From positions 2,080,001-2,144,000 of the forward strand of contig CM000208.1 in NCBI GenBank assembly GCA_000002445.1: DNA of 64,000 bases. Direction: 5' to 3'. The translations under genes were made by a program, and so were the position numbers. Shown here piece after piece: positions 30,908 to 42,821 of the stretch. The DNA comes from Trypanosoma brucei (Eukaryota). How positions within the stretch are numbered: position 1 is the stretch's first letter; every line of letters starts with the position of its first letter. Below the pieces are notes generated by a model. That model was not told the origin of the DNA and did no database searches. It saw only the letters and a program-made list of their open reading frames with translations.

Positions 30908-31822
30908 CGGGCCAAGCGGAGATGAAGTCTTTAGGTCCGGAGGGATCATACGAATCGAGCCGCTTTCCCACGCTAACGGAACCGTGTGATGTTAGCATAA
31001 CCCGTTGTTTTCTTTATTTTCTGTTTATACAGCGTGCTGACTGGAAGTTGAACTACTGTTGGTAATGAAGGAAGGGAGGGTGAAGGAGATATGTGGCTCA
31101 GTGACCTTCGTTTGTCCACCTTGGCGGAATGTTTTCAACTGCAATGATGGGCGAATTGTTGCGTGCGTGTGGAGTGGTCTGCGAGAGGTTGTGAAGGGGT
31201 TTCCACGCCATTTCTATTTTGCGCCCTTTTCTTCTACGCCGTGCCCTACCCTAAGACATCGGAAGGAGTAGATGACATGTCAGTTCTACATCTCGCTTTA
31301 ACCGGGTTTAACACTTAGTTGCATTTGCTGCGTCAGGCTCCGTATCAAGGTGATTCTTATGTGTGTTGTGTCTCGAGTGGAAAGAGACTAACCCTTCCGG
31401 GCAAGTGCGCAGTTGAGTAGGGGGTGACATGAGAGGTGGCCCGTTGGAAACCTGCGTTGGGGGTTAAGTTGCTTCCACTTATTTGTTTCACTTTGTTTAA
31501 TAGCTTCTTAACCTATTCAACCCTTTTCCACCGGATGATAAGTTGCCACGGTGATGAGGCGGTTTCCCATCACTGTTTGATTTGTGGTGGTGTGTCGTTT
31601 ATCGATCATGGATTTCATCCTTTTTTTTTGCGTTTCTTTTCGGTTATATTGTCTGCTGCTGTAGTTACCCTCAATCTTCTTTTTCATTTTTCTTTCTCTC
31701 TCCTTGCCGTTGGCATTGCCTCTGCGAAGGAGACTAGGGAAAACAAGGGAGGGGCAATTTTTTTGGTCTGGGGAGGGCCAACTTTCCCTACCTTACCGTT
31801 ACCAGTCACCAAAGCGTGCTCC

Positions 31823-31867
31823 TGTGTGTGTGTGTGTTTGTGTTTGTGTTTGTGTTTGTGTTTGTTT
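31823..31867. repeat. Compound microsatellite (TG)8(TTTGTG)5.
   Basis: tgtgtgtgtgtgtgtttgtgtttgtgtttgtgtttgtgtttg in the long intergenic region. Confidence 0.9.
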
Positions 31868-32868
31868 AAAAAACATAGCCGCCGCTGCAGCCTTAGTTGG
31901 AGCGGGAAACCGCGTGGAGAAACGGCTGCATTTGGTGTAAACGATGGTGTACATTGAGAACGGCAGAATTGTGGAGCAACGGGGCTTCAGCCTTGTTGAT
32001 ACCTTTTTTTCCATCGTTGATGGTGTGTGTCTGTTCTTCCAAACAATGTTTTCCTCGGAACCACCACAACAGGTAGTTGAGCGCCCTGTTCTTAGAGGGC
32101 GACGAGGGTACATTTTTGGTGGAAGACGTCCTGCTGACGATCATCCCCGCTCCAACGTGCACACGCTACCGAAAGAGTCGCTGACAGGCGGTTGCGCGAG
32201 TGGATGAGGATAAGCGCCTACGCGTGGAACAATAAAAAATAAGGGGGTGAGAGTCATCATTATTCATGAAAGTCGCTTGGACTTACTTGAAGGTTGAAGG
32301 TAAGGTGGAGCTTGCCTTTCCGCCAATATCCCCTTTGATGTTATTCAGGCGCCTATGAGTGAATAATGACTCGCCCACTACCACGCGTTTTCTTTTTGTA
32401 GCGCATGTTACCCACCGAGCTGTTATTATTTTTATATGACTCTGTGGGCGGCAAACCGTTTGAGGACCCCCACAGATGAATTTAGGCAGCTCTTGTCTCG
32501 GTATTTTTTTTCTTTTTTACCTGCAACACTGTCGCTTGGTGGTGCGTTTGCGCTGTGAGTTGGGTTATTAGGCAACATTTCCAGGAAATCGAATGAACAA
32601 CAAAAACTGCGGTGGAAAAAAGGGGAAGGCATATAGTTTGAAAAAAAAAAAGACTAGCAGGAGCTGATGGATTTGAGAGGTGCAGAAGGGAAAGGAGAAG
32701 CGAGCGTTTAGGGCCTTTACCCAGCTTTGAAGTGTACCCAGTCGTGTCGATTTGGCTTCTTTTCCCCAGCACCTTGTAAAAACAAAAAAATGTGCATTTT
32801 GCGTGTACATGTTTATATTCATACTCATCTATTCATATCTCTATATCTCTATACCTCTCTATCTATCA

Positions 32869-32912
32869 ATATATATATATATATATATATATATTGATAT
32901 ATATATATATAA
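32869..32912. repeat. (AT)n microsatellite (two blocks) preceded by a (CTCTAT)-like repeat.
   Basis: atatatatatatatatatatatattgatatatatatatata; the upstream sequence is ctctatatctctatacctctctatctatc. Confidence 0.9.
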
Positions 32913-33268
32913 ATGGAAACAGTTTGTCTCCTCCAGCTTACTCCGTGGGTGTGAAGGATGCGCCTCCCCCATCTTTTTTTTTCTCTTGAAGAACCCATGC
33001 GAAGGCACACATGAGCGGTTCCCCATTCCCCCTAATGGCGTGTGTACTTGTGAGTGTTTCACGTTTATGCACTGACTGGTGCGGGTGTAAAGAAATAGTA
33101 ATAATAAAAAAAGGCATACTGGACAAAAAAATAATAATGACACCTACAAACACAATCCACTTTCTTTTGCTGTTTATTACTCATTTTTTTGTCGGTTGCT
33201 TAGAACAGATTTCTGCTGCATCGGCTGGGGGATTTGGCGCGTGCAGTTGCGATTGAGAAAGCAAGGGA

Positions 33269-33285
33269 TAAAAGCAACTTTTTTT
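33269..33285 (+). promoter_or_regulatory. Poly(T)15 followed by AG, a candidate spliced-leader acceptor region for the centrin-like gene.
   Basis: A T15 run ending in ...tttAG at 33284-33285, 27 nt upstream of ATG 33312. Confidence 0.45.
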
Positions 33286-33311
33286 TTTTTTTTAGATAAT
33301 CCAATTAGATT

Positions 33312-33809
33312 ATGGACGGAGATGATGGTTCGCGGATGGGGATGCCGCGACTCCCGCCGGAGTTGACGGACGCTCAGCGCGCCGACATTAAAGAGGTTTT
33401 TTCTATACTTGACGTCGACGGTACGGAAACCATCACGCCGAACGACCTCAAAGTCGCTCTTCGAGCACTTGGTTACGAACCACATAAAGACACAATCAAG
33501 CGGTTAGTTGCGGAGATGGACAGGAGTGGGGTGTCAAGTAATCTTATTCTTCCCGAATTTGAGGCGATTCTCCGGGCTAAGCTTTTTACCGATGACAAGG
33601 AGGAGGTAATGCTCACCTTTCCACACTTTACTCAAGGGAAGTCGGATTACATTACCCTCGAAGATTTAAAGCGTGTGACACAGGAACTTGGGGAGGATAT
33701 CCCGGAGGATGTTCTCAAGCGGATGATTGAAGAGGCGGACGTTTTGGACCACGACAATCGTGTGTCAAAAGAGGAGTTTGTTCGTATGCTTCTCACCCCT
33801 AAGAAGTAA
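33312..33809 (+). CDS. Centrin/caltractin-like EF-hand protein.
   Basis: LTDAQRADIKEVFSILDVDGTETITPNDLKVALRALGYEPHKDTIKRLVAEMD resembles centrin [53 protein letters not shown]. The fourth EF loop is canonical (DVLDHDNRVSKEEF), loops 2-3 are degenerate, and the ending (EEFVRMLLT) is centrin-like. Confidence 0.85.
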   Translation: MDGDDGSRMGMPRLPPELTDAQRADIKEVFSILDVDGTETITPNDLKVALRALGYEPHKDTIKRLVAEMDRSGVSSNLILPEFEAILRAKLFTDDKEEVMLTFPHFTQGKSDYITLEDLKRVTQELGEDIPEDVLKRMIEEADVLDHDNRVSKEEFVRMLLTPKK

Positions 33810-33960
33810 CAGTCCTATGTGTTATATATATATATATATGTGAAAAATGCAAAGTGTTTGCGTGTGCAATTTTGTTAGAGTGACACGCTGTCTGTCATTA
33901 GCACCGTAGCCGTGGGTAAAACAAACCAACAAAGGCTTTGTATATTTAGGTGCACCGGTA

Positions 33961-34010
33961 GCACACAAACACACAAACACACATACACACATACACACAC
34001 ATACATATAT
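33961..34010. repeat. CA-rich compound microsatellite (ACACAA/ACACAT)n.
   Basis: gcacacaaacacacaaacacacatacacacatacacacacatacatatat. Confidence 0.85.
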
Positions 34011-34610
34011 TTATATATTTATATGCATCTGCAAATATATGTGTTTAGGTATAGTGCCCGCTTGATTCTCTCCGTCGGTGTGTTGTGCCTTGCAGGGAGT
34101 GTATTATTTGTGGCGCCATTCCTGCTTTCTTCCTTTTCCCTCCCCCCTTTTTTCTGCTTCCAGAAATGAAATGAGTAAAAAAGCTTCTTCCCCCCTCTTT
34201 CCACCGTATTCATCTTCTGCCCACTTAATCCTTTGGTGTGTGCTGTACTTTTTTCTTTTTTTTTAAATTTTCTTCACCGTCACTTCTCTTTTCGTTTATG
34301 CCTCCGTGCACTGTTCTGTGTCCGTTGCGTGCGCGCGAGGTGATATAAGGAAGAAGGGGAAGAGAATTCAGGAGAATAACTGGGAACCTGTGCAACGAAC
34401 GCGAAGTTGCGAACCGGGGAGGGACTAAAAGGAGCAATTAAAAAAAAAAAAAGTAAAGAAGTAAAAGAAAAAAAAGAAAAAAGAGGAAAATCAAAATAAC
34501 AGTAAGATCACGCCAAAAAGGCAAAAGGTACATATAATTTGAATTCATTCAGACGAACGAAGATAAAAAAGGAGGGGACAAGCGCAACGTGAGACAGAAG
34601 GGACGTAGAA

Positions 34611-36278
34611 ATGACGGATGATGTCTTGAGACAACAGTTAGAAAAGGTTCGCAAAGCTTTTGAAGCTCAAGACTACCAAACGTGCGAGACCCTCCTTCAA
34701 AAGATGCCAAAGGACGATCTTCAGGTTCAGCACAACTTAGCCATCGTCCGGCTACTGTTGAACCATGCGGATGTGGAGCAAACCATCGCTGCACTAGGCG
34801 ACACATCGAGCGATGCCTTTTCCTCAACAAATGATAAAGATACGAAACCCAATGTAACGCTACTCTATGAGGGACACGAAACTGCCCACTTTAATCGCGC
34901 GCTGCTGCTGGCACGCTCCGGGCTGGTTCACGAGGCTGCCGTTATCCTTCGTGCATTGCTTGCTATGCACACCAGTATTTCCGTAGCCGTGCTTGCGAGG
35001 GTTTTGTCGCTCCTGCAGGCGATCACGCGAATGCCCCCCGGCTCCAGACATCGCCAGCGGTCCGATGACGAGTTGATTCAGCAGGTTCTTTCCGAGAAGC
35101 TCAATGCCTTTAATGAAGACCCCGCATTGTCGCTCATGGTGAAGGCCGCATTCAGTGATATGGGTAATATTCATGAGCTACCACATGCCACTGATGGAGA
35201 GGGGGCCGCCCATTTCAACAACCTTGGTGTGCTTGCAATGGGTGATTCCAAACTAAATGTGGCGTCTCTTTGCTTCGCAAAGGCTGAGAAAGCAGCTCAG
35301 CAGTGTAATTCCCTGTTGGTGCGGCAGCCCATCGTGTACAATGCTGGCCTCTGTGCACTTTTTCGAGGGGAGTATGACAGTGCCATTACGTGCTTTCTGT
35401 CAGTGCAGGAGCTCATGAAAAGTTCTCCACTCTTTTGGGTTCGCTTTGCGGAGGCTTCAATCGGTAAGTTGCACGCACAGAAGCGTGTGAGATCGCGGGA
35501 GGAGTATGAGCGCATGCAAGATTGCTTTTCGGAGCAGTTGCATAACGGGAAGTTATTGCCCAACTACGAGTTCCTTACTCTTCCGTGGGCGGTGATTACG
35601 CAGAGTCCACTTGTTGATCTGAAGGACAATTCTGTTGGAACTGCATTAGAGGCGCTGGCATCTTGCGCGATACAGAACGCGTTGGCACTTCTTCTACCAC
35701 AAAACCACACCACTATTAGTGCAACTGATGCTTTCCCTCACAATGCACAGCTCATCCACTTTGCGCTCTTCTACTGGTGCGCTTTGGAGATTGTCCGGAA
35801 GAACTATACTGTAGTTGTGAATGTGGGATCAGACCTTCTTCTTCTGCACGACCGCCGCCCTCTCTCACCGAATCTTCACACAGCTCTTCTTTCGTACATG
35901 GTGGAGGCGTTAGTGCACCTCAACGAGCCGGACCGGGCCCTAAAGGTCCTCCGCCGTTCTTCGCTATCCAGCCTCGTGGCAGGTTCCCCACCAGAGCAAT
36001 TGGATGCCTACCAGCAGGGTCGCGTAGAGGTGCTGTTCATTAACCTCGCCATAACTCACATTGTGAACGGCTCATGGAGTCAGGCAACTTCTGTTGTAGA
36101 TTCGTTACTGTCGAAATTATACGAAACGCGTGCGGCGAAGGAAAAGGATGAGAGCTCCAGCGGTAATAATCAGGATGCGGTTTTGGCGTACCATTTGTTA
36201 GTCATATTCCTTGAATTGGCGCAAGGTAACCAGGAGAAGGCTCAAGAGGCGCTTCAGCGGCTTTCATGGTGCGCATGA
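34611..36278 (+). CDS. TPR-like helical-repeat protein (555 aa). Its identity is uncertain; a CNOT10-like scaffold is one possibility I cannot verify.
   Basis: Repeated antiparallel-helix patterns with small/large residue spacing (HFNNLGVLAMGDSKLNVASLCFAKAEKAAQQ; YNAGLCALFRGEYDSAITCFLSVQEL; LLSYMVEALVHLNEPDRALKVLRR). No enzymatic motifs. Confidence 0.55.
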   Translation: MTDDVLRQQLEKVRKAFEAQDYQTCETLLQKMPKDDLQVQHNLAIVRLLLNHADVEQTIAALGDTSSDAFSSTNDKDTKPNVTLLYEGHETAHFNRALLLARSGLVHEAAVILRALLAMHTSISVAVLARVLSLLQAITRMPPGSRHRQRSDDELIQQVLSEKLNAFNEDPALSLMVKAAFSDMGNIHELPHATDGEGAAHFNNLGVLAMGDSKLNVASLCFAKAEKAAQQCNSLLVRQPIVYNAGLCALFRGEYDSAITCFLSVQELMKSSPLFWVRFAEASIGKLHAQKRVRSREEYERMQDCFSEQLHNGKLLPNYEFLTLPWAVITQSPLVDLKDNSVGTALEALASCAIQNALALLLPQNHTTISATDAFPHNAQLIHFALFYWCALEIVRKNYTVVVNVGSDLLLLHDRRPLSPNLHTALLSYMVEALVHLNEPDRALKVLRRSSLSSLVAGSPPEQLDAYQQGRVEVLFINLAITHIVNGSWSQATSVVDSLLSKLYETRAAKEKDESSSGNNQDAVLAYHLLVIFLELAQGNQEKAQEALQRLSWCA

Positions 36279-37692
36279 AGTTGTTTATGTGGGGTCCTTC
36301 CGGCCACATGGAGTGCATTTTGTTTTCACGTGAGTGGGTGTGCAAGTCCCGCAAAGGGAGGCGCAATTAGTTCCTATCGGCTAACATCTTCCTTTAAGGT
36401 AGATTATGCCGGTGTGTGTATGTGTGTGTATGTGTGTGTGTATTGACTGGGGAAGGGGTATTGAAAAAGTAAATCAAAGGGATTCAGACAGATATGCTCC
36501 AAGTAAGTAAGACGAGGGAAGGGCCAAAGAATAACAAAACAAAGGGAGAGGTAACCCATGCAACTGTTATTATTGTTGTTAATTTTTTCTTTGCGAATGA
36601 AACGAAATCACACAAGTAATGCAAAAAGGGCCTCAACAAGTTCTTTAGCATTCAAAGGAGCAACGGAGGAATGATCAAGGAGGAGAGAAAGGAAGAATTA
36701 AGAGTGAGTGTGGTTGAGGGAAAAGAATTGTTCACGAAGGAAAAGCACACACGTTTAAGCCAACGGCGCAATGCGAAACACTTCTTTTTTTTTTTCTCTT
36801 CTATACATGTGTGCGCTTGTGCTTCGTGTTGTAGCTGATTCGGAGCGCACAAAGAGGGATATCGCAATGATATATGGCGGACGTGCGTGTCGCTACAATT
36901 GCGCTTTGCAACTCCCTATTATTTCCCACTGCAGAAGAGAAGTAAAAAGAAAATAACATCTCGTCACCTTGTGTTTACCTGAAAAGGAGGGCACCTTGCT
37001 TGCCCCTTTCAACCGCCTCTGTGGATGTTGGACAAATTTGGGTGGTGCATAACAGTAGCAAAGTGATTACTAAGCGGGTGACGACATGTGATGAGGTTGA
37101 CCCGGCAGGCTCTTGGGTGTTACTGTGGAAACGGATAATGTCTTGGGGTTCATTTCTCTTCATTTCTTTCTGTGACAGGTGGTGCGTGCGCGTGTATGTT
37201 TGAAGCTGGTGTGAGTGTGAGTGTGAGTGTTTGTGTATATGTGTGTTTATGTGTGTGCGTATATCGTAGTTACATCTCATGGACTGGGGCATCTTTTGTG
37301 GCAAACGCTTCGCAGCCCCCAGCCAAATTCGTCGTTCTTCTTGTTTCTCATGTGCCTTCTTTGTCTTCCTTGTCAATTGCCTTGGTTGGTTTGCACGGTT
37401 GATCCAAGTAAGTAATGTAACCTGTTTCTGTTTCTGTTTCTGTTTCTGTGTCTCCCTTCCCCCCATCGGTTTTCCATTTTTCATTCTTTATCTATTTGTG
37501 CTGCTAGTGTTTTATTTCATTGCTTTCCCATCACCCACTCTGCATCTATTAGTATCGTCACTGGATAGGTGGGGCGCTGTTGTTTCTCTGGAAAACGAGA
37601 GTATCTTACTAGGCACAGTGCTGGGCGTATTGGAGATTAGCATTTAGTCTTCATTCCTGACTTCTCTTTTCCCTCCTGTTGCAGGCAAAATA

Positions 37693-39282
37693 ATGCTTCG
37701 CCGCATTTGGAGTCACAAAGTTCTCACTACCTTCGTTACATTGCCCGTTGCCTCGGTAGGAGGAATCGCCATTTACGTGGAATACCGCCAGAGAACTCGG
37801 CCAGTTCTTCCAGTTTTTGCACCGGTGGTGGATGGCAATGGCTCGCTATTGTTGGATGGCAAAGCCGTCCCCAAACCTAGCCGGTGGGTGGTGGCGCGAC
37901 GCGTCGTCGAACTTTTCCTAATTTTCTTTCCCGTTGCCGTCTTGTATGTGGTGATGAGGCTTCGCCGTGACTGGTATCTTCTCTGGTTGCAGCTGCTTTT
38001 ACGGGCTGTAGAGCGCGCTGGACCCGCCTTCGTGAAAGCTGGCCAGTGGAGTTGCACCCGGCAGGATGTCTTTTCACCAGAGTTTCGTTCTGTGTTCAAG
38101 AAGTTATACGACGAGGTGGACACACACCCATATGAGGTATCACTTCAGATTCTTAGGGAAGAGTTGCAACAGGACCCAGCCGAAATATTTAGCACGATTG
38201 AGGAGAAGACTGTTGGTTCCGGTTCCATTGGGCAAGTCCATAGTGCGACGCTGCGCCACACAGGAGAGCATGTCGTTGTAAAGGTGATGCACCCAAATGT
38301 GGTTGAGACTATCGTGAAGGACTTCTGCATAATCAATACCTTAGCCTCTTTCCTTCACCATCGTGTCCCAGCACTTGAAAAATATGATCTGCCGGCGCTG
38401 GCAATCGCATGGACTACCCACCTTGCGGCTCAGTTAGACTTCCGACTGGAGGCAAGGAATTTAACTTTATTCCGGAAGAACTTTAGGAATGAACCATATG
38501 TTCGGTTTCCCAAACCACTGTTGTCGACGCAGCGTGTACTTGTGGAAACGTTTTGCAAGGGTGAACCGGCCTCCGTTGAGTTTCTGGCCGCTCAGGAGGA
38601 ACATGCGCGCGACAAGATCGCAAATATGGGTTTAAACACGTGGTGCAAGATGTTACTGCACGACAAATTCCTTCATGGTGACATGCACCCCGGTAATGTT
38701 ATTATTGACGCCTCCGACCCCCATGAACCGTGTGTATGGCTCATAGATGCGGGTTTGTGCCAACAGATCAGTGAAGATGAGGGTGTGATCACTCACAACC
38801 TCATGGAAGCTTTTGTTCACTGGAAAGCAGACCTTTGTTGCGATGCCCTGTTAAGCATGGGCAAGCGCCAAAAGTATGCCGACGAGAATAAATTTAGGAG
38901 CGATATGAACTGGCTCTTTAATCACTGGCGCCCTCTCCACTCTAAGGATGCTGTTGTGACGAACATCCTTCAGGCCATATTTGAGTGTGTTCGGGTAAAT
39001 CAAGTTCACATGGATCCGCCGTATGTGTCTTTGTTATTTGCAGTTCTTGTGCTGGAGTCCTTCATTATGAACCTCAACCCGGAGTTTAATATGGTACGGC
39101 ACGCGGCGCCGTGGTTGGTTGCTGACGGACACTTGACCCGCGGTCTGATGAAAAACATTGTAATGACACGTCTGGATTTAATTAAACGTGAGATGGGAGT
39201 TTTGCGTGGCCGCCTTAGGGACGGTGCGCATAATGACTTGGCGAAAAATGAAAACGTTCACTTAAATGCGAATGCATGGTAG
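37693..39282 (+). CDS. ABC1/ADCK (UbiB-family) atypical protein kinase, possibly mitochondrial with an N-terminal TM segment.
   Basis: Family signatures AGPAFVKAGQW (FxKxGQ), GSGSIGQVHSA (AAASIAQVH-type), VVVKVMHPN (VAVKVQ-HP-type), the catalytic-loop region HGDMHPGNVII (HxDxHPGN), and DAG (LIDAG). Confidence 0.9.
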   Translation: MLRRIWSHKVLTTFVTLPVASVGGIAIYVEYRQRTRPVLPVFAPVVDGNGSLLLDGKAVPKPSRWVVARRVVELFLIFFPVAVLYVVMRLRRDWYLLWLQLLLRAVERAGPAFVKAGQWSCTRQDVFSPEFRSVFKKLYDEVDTHPYEVSLQILREELQQDPAEIFSTIEEKTVGSGSIGQVHSATLRHTGEHVVVKVMHPNVVETIVKDFCIINTLASFLHHRVPALEKYDLPALAIAWTTHLAAQLDFRLEARNLTLFRKNFRNEPYVRFPKPLLSTQRVLVETFCKGEPASVEFLAAQEEHARDKIANMGLNTWCKMLLHDKFLHGDMHPGNVIIDASDPHEPCVWLIDAGLCQQISEDEGVITHNLMEAFVHWKADLCCDALLSMGKRQKYADENKFRSDMNWLFNHWRPLHSKDAVVTNILQAIFECVRVNQVHMDPPYVSLLFAVLVLESFIMNLNPEFNMVRHAAPWLVADGHLTRGLMKNIVMTRLDLIKREMGVLRGRLRDGAHNDLAKNENVHLNANAW

Positions 39283-39514
39283 TGGGTTTAACTGCTGCTG
39301 AGGTCCCCCCCTTTTTTTATTATTTCGTTTCAAACACATTAAACGCACGCATACCCGTGCCGTCTCACTACCGTTTTGTTTTCCCCTCCCCCTACTAGCG
39401 GTCTTTTTTATTTCATCCACACACGTGCTCTGATTGTAAACATTTCTGAGAAGCGTAAAAAGGTTGGGAACGTATTAAATGTTGTACGGTCTCTTTGTGT
39501 GTTTGTGTTTATGT

Positions 39515-39526
<12 letters not shown>

Positions 39527-39561
<35 letters not shown>
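39527..39561. repeat. (GT)17 microsatellite.
   Basis: An uninterrupted gtgt... run of 35 bp downstream of the ABC1 kinase gene. Confidence 0.95.
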
Positions 39562-39562
<1 letters not shown>

Positions 39563-41377
39563 ACAAATGAAATAAACGAGATGTTTTTTGTTTTTGTTTT
39601 TTAGGCTGCAGCACCGTAGTCCCTGCTGGTGGTTGCATTTGGTTCTGCGACAGGAAGCTTAAGGGGGGCGGTGCCGACGTGCTTTTCTTCTTTTTTTTGT
39701 TGTTGTTACCTCATCTTTCAATGTGTTGCCGTATTTGTGTAGTGCGTAGATTTTACACCGTGCAGAGGTCTTTATGTGTGCATTTCAGCGCCGCATGTCT
39801 GCCCCATGCGCGTGGAGAACATCCGCTAGGGATAATAAATCATACATTACATCACGTCGATGCCGCGTTCCCTTCTGCATACGGTCATGTCTCGCCATTT
39901 CTTTGTATTAGTTGTCCTACCCATATCTTCATATCTGCGGTCTCGTGCTTTTTGCAGCATATTTACTTGCGTCCATGTGTATGGCTGCGTGAGCTTCGAC
40001 TCGTGTCATGTTCCATGCTTGCTGTGATTTGGTACGCTCCATTTTGTCATTCCTATCTTTCTATTTTTCTATTTTTCTATTTTTACTTTTAACTTTTTAA
40101 CTTGTGCAGTTTTTTTTTGTTTCTGTTCTTCCTTCTTCTTTCTTTTTTTTTTCTTAATCTTCCATGTCCGTTCGCATCAGTTTTGGAGGTGAGAAAGCAG
40201 GGCCGTTGGTGGGACAAATATTTTCACCACTAGCTGGGCGTGGGGAATGGGCAACACGGGTGCTTGTTACTCTTGTGTGTAATTGTACGTATATATTATG
40301 TGGTATATATATATATATATACGTGCATATGACCTTCGTCAGTTTATCGCTTCCGGCTTCCCCCACCGGCACGTTTTGTATGTTATATTTTCACCCATGC
40401 TTGTTTTTATTTAATTTTTTTTTTTAAAAGAGAAGAAAAACAATGTTTTTGTCGGTTCTTGTTGGCGAATGTTGTTTGTTTCCGGACGCAATGGTTTGCG
40501 GGATGTGGGATGTGGATATGGAGGAGAAGTGTCGATGTTTCTTTTCTTTTTTTTATTTGTTTGTTCAAGGTTTCTGGAAGAATTTTAATGCGCATATGCA
40601 CAGGAGGTTTCAGCAGCTGGGAACTGTGATAACATAAAGAAAGGAGAAGCACTTGAAGTTATCGGAGAATCGGCACGTGTTGTGAGAGTTTTTCTTTTTT
40701 TTTTTTTTTGTATTGACGTGTAAGGGACTTTGGGGCGTTGATCGCTGTGAGGGGAGGAAAATGTGGGGAAAGATGAGAGGAAGTTTTAAAGGAAAATTTG
40801 GGATCATATTCTTACAAGACTTCTTTGGTGGCGAAGTTACGTTTAGTTTTTCGTGTCGGTATCGCCGTTTCGGGAGGTGGTCGCACCACTTCAACGTTTC
40901 ACAATTAAATTCCATTACAACATTCGTATATTTCAACCTTTACACTGTTTCGTGCCGATAATGTTTTAATGTTTAAAAAAAAAATTAAGGTATCTGATCT
41001 TTTGTATGCAGTTAGGCCCATCAAATTGCGCCACTGAGCATTATATCGCGACTTCGTGTGCACTTTTGGCACTTCTCTCCTTTCCCTTTTTTAAAAATAT
41101 CTCTTTGCTTTCATGTACAATTGCTTCCCCGCCCTCGATTACTATTAACCCACCTCCTGCTTCTTATAATGTTTTCTTTTTTTTTTTTTTGCTTCTTTTC
41201 ACCGTTTGCTCACCTTACAATTTATCTTCATCAGCTGCGTGGCGTTGATTCCGCCCACCTCCTTTAATGGTGGGGTCGAGGACCATCCCGACATCCACGT
41301 TGGGGCGAAACCTGCGGGAAACGGAGGGGGCTGAAACCGACCGATTCGGTTTTTTTATAAGCTCAGAAGAAAAGGCC

Positions 41378-42289
41378 ATGGAGGAGGAATTCCTTCGTGT
41401 CCACCCCGAGAAGTTGAGTGTACGAGAGCGGTGGTCGAAAGCGTTGCTGCGGTGGGATGGTTGCGCTCATATGAAAAAGAAAAAGTTATGTCGAGTCGGT
41501 GTTCCGCAGTCACAAAGAAAAACAGTGTGGCCACTGCTTCTGATGACATATGGTTGGCAACTTGAGAAATACGGGGATTATCATCTTCTTATGAGCCAGC
41601 AGCCGCGCGATGCAGCAATGTTTGAAATAATCGAGCGTGACCTTGGAAGGACATTTCCAACCCATAGATTGTTTAATAAACCGGGTAGCACAGGGCAAAT
41701 GGGGTTGCGTAGTATTCTTCGCGCCTATGCTAATCTCAACCCGGAGACGGGGTATGTTCAAGGAATGGGCTTTCTCGTAGGAACACTTCTTATCCAAATT
41801 GGGGATGAAGAGAGCACATTCAGTGCATTTGTTTCGATTATGGAGAACCCAAGATACTCCATGGCCAAGTTATATGCTCCTGGATTCCCCCTTCTCTTTG
41901 TTCGCTTACATCAACTGCAGAAACTGTTGGGGCGCCATTGCAAGAAATTGCTCAAACGGCTCATGGAGTATGGCATTGAGTTGTCTACCTTTGCAGCCAA
42001 CTGGTACCTGACATTGTTTGCATACCACTTCAACTTTGGTTTACTCTCCCGTATTTGGGATATGTTCCTTTGTGAGGGGTGGAAGATCATTCATCGTGTG
42101 GCGATTGCTCTTCTATTGCTGCACAAAAGCGCTCTCGATCGCGCGAGGGATGGTGCAGAGTTACTGATTGCACTGAACACCGCTCATGAAGGAAAGGATG
42201 AGGTGGAGGTCATCCGTAAGGCCCTAAGTGTGAAGTTTAAGACGGCTGATTTAGTCCGGTGGGAGAGGAAGTTTTGTCAACAGCTCTAA
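41378..42289 (+). CDS. TBC-domain Rab GTPase-activating protein (TBC1D10/EPI64/Msb3-like), the short paralog.
   Basis: Arg-finger motif IERDLGRTFP (IxxDxxR) and Gln-finger motif GYVQGMGF (YxQ). The downstream helices (WYLTLFAYHF, RIWDMFLCEGWKIIHRVAIALL) are collinear with the second TBC gene in the window. The ORF track opens at 41267, and the first ATG (MEEEFLRV) is at 41378. Confidence 0.85.
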   Translation: MEEEFLRVHPEKLSVRERWSKALLRWDGCAHMKKKKLCRVGVPQSQRKTVWPLLLMTYGWQLEKYGDYHLLMSQQPRDAAMFEIIERDLGRTFPTHRLFNKPGSTGQMGLRSILRAYANLNPETGYVQGMGFLVGTLLIQIGDEESTFSAFVSIMENPRYSMAKLYAPGFPLLFVRLHQLQKLLGRHCKKLLKRLMEYGIELSTFAANWYLTLFAYHFNFGLLSRIWDMFLCEGWKIIHRVAIALLLLHKSALDRARDGAELLIALNTAHEGKDEVEVIRKALSVKFKTADLVRWERKFCQQL

Positions 42290-42821
42290 AATGAAGGATA
42301 GCGTGGTGGTGAAACAAATTTTGTATCTGATCAGCACACTCGGAAGGACAACGTCTATTTTATCACCGCATCTTGCCAAGCATGATTACAACGTTTTTCA
42401 AGTTTTCCCTACTAGCCGTTATGCAATGTGTGCTGGTGTATTTCATGTTTGCAGGGAGTCATGCTTGTGTTGGAAAGTTCTCATTTTTGTAGGGCTACGA
42501 GGCGTCCATACGGTGCAAGGCTGCCAAGTATTCGGCATGTCAAAACATATCAACTCCCAAGTAAGTTGCAGCAGTAAAGAGGTGTGTGAAATAGAGGGGT
42601 AAACACACTCCAGTTAATGAAGGCTCGTCACTTGTTGGTGCCGGTGCAGGTACTCGCCGCTGGCCATGACGGGTTGTGGATGTATTTACTTTGTTTGTTT
42701 CTCTTTTCCTCTACACTTGTTCGTGGCTTATTTGCATGGGGGCTCGTGGTGCACTGTAAACGGAAGTGTGGGTAGTGTTTCTATTATTACTGTTCTTGCC
42801 ATTTCCTCTCTAAAAATCACT

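Noticed and set aside
31436-31957. 173-aa + ORF in the CTU1-centrin spacer.
   Set aside because: Biased composition (Leu/Phe/Cys), (TG)n-derived CVCVCLCLCLCL run inside, no domain. Judged a UTR chance ORF.
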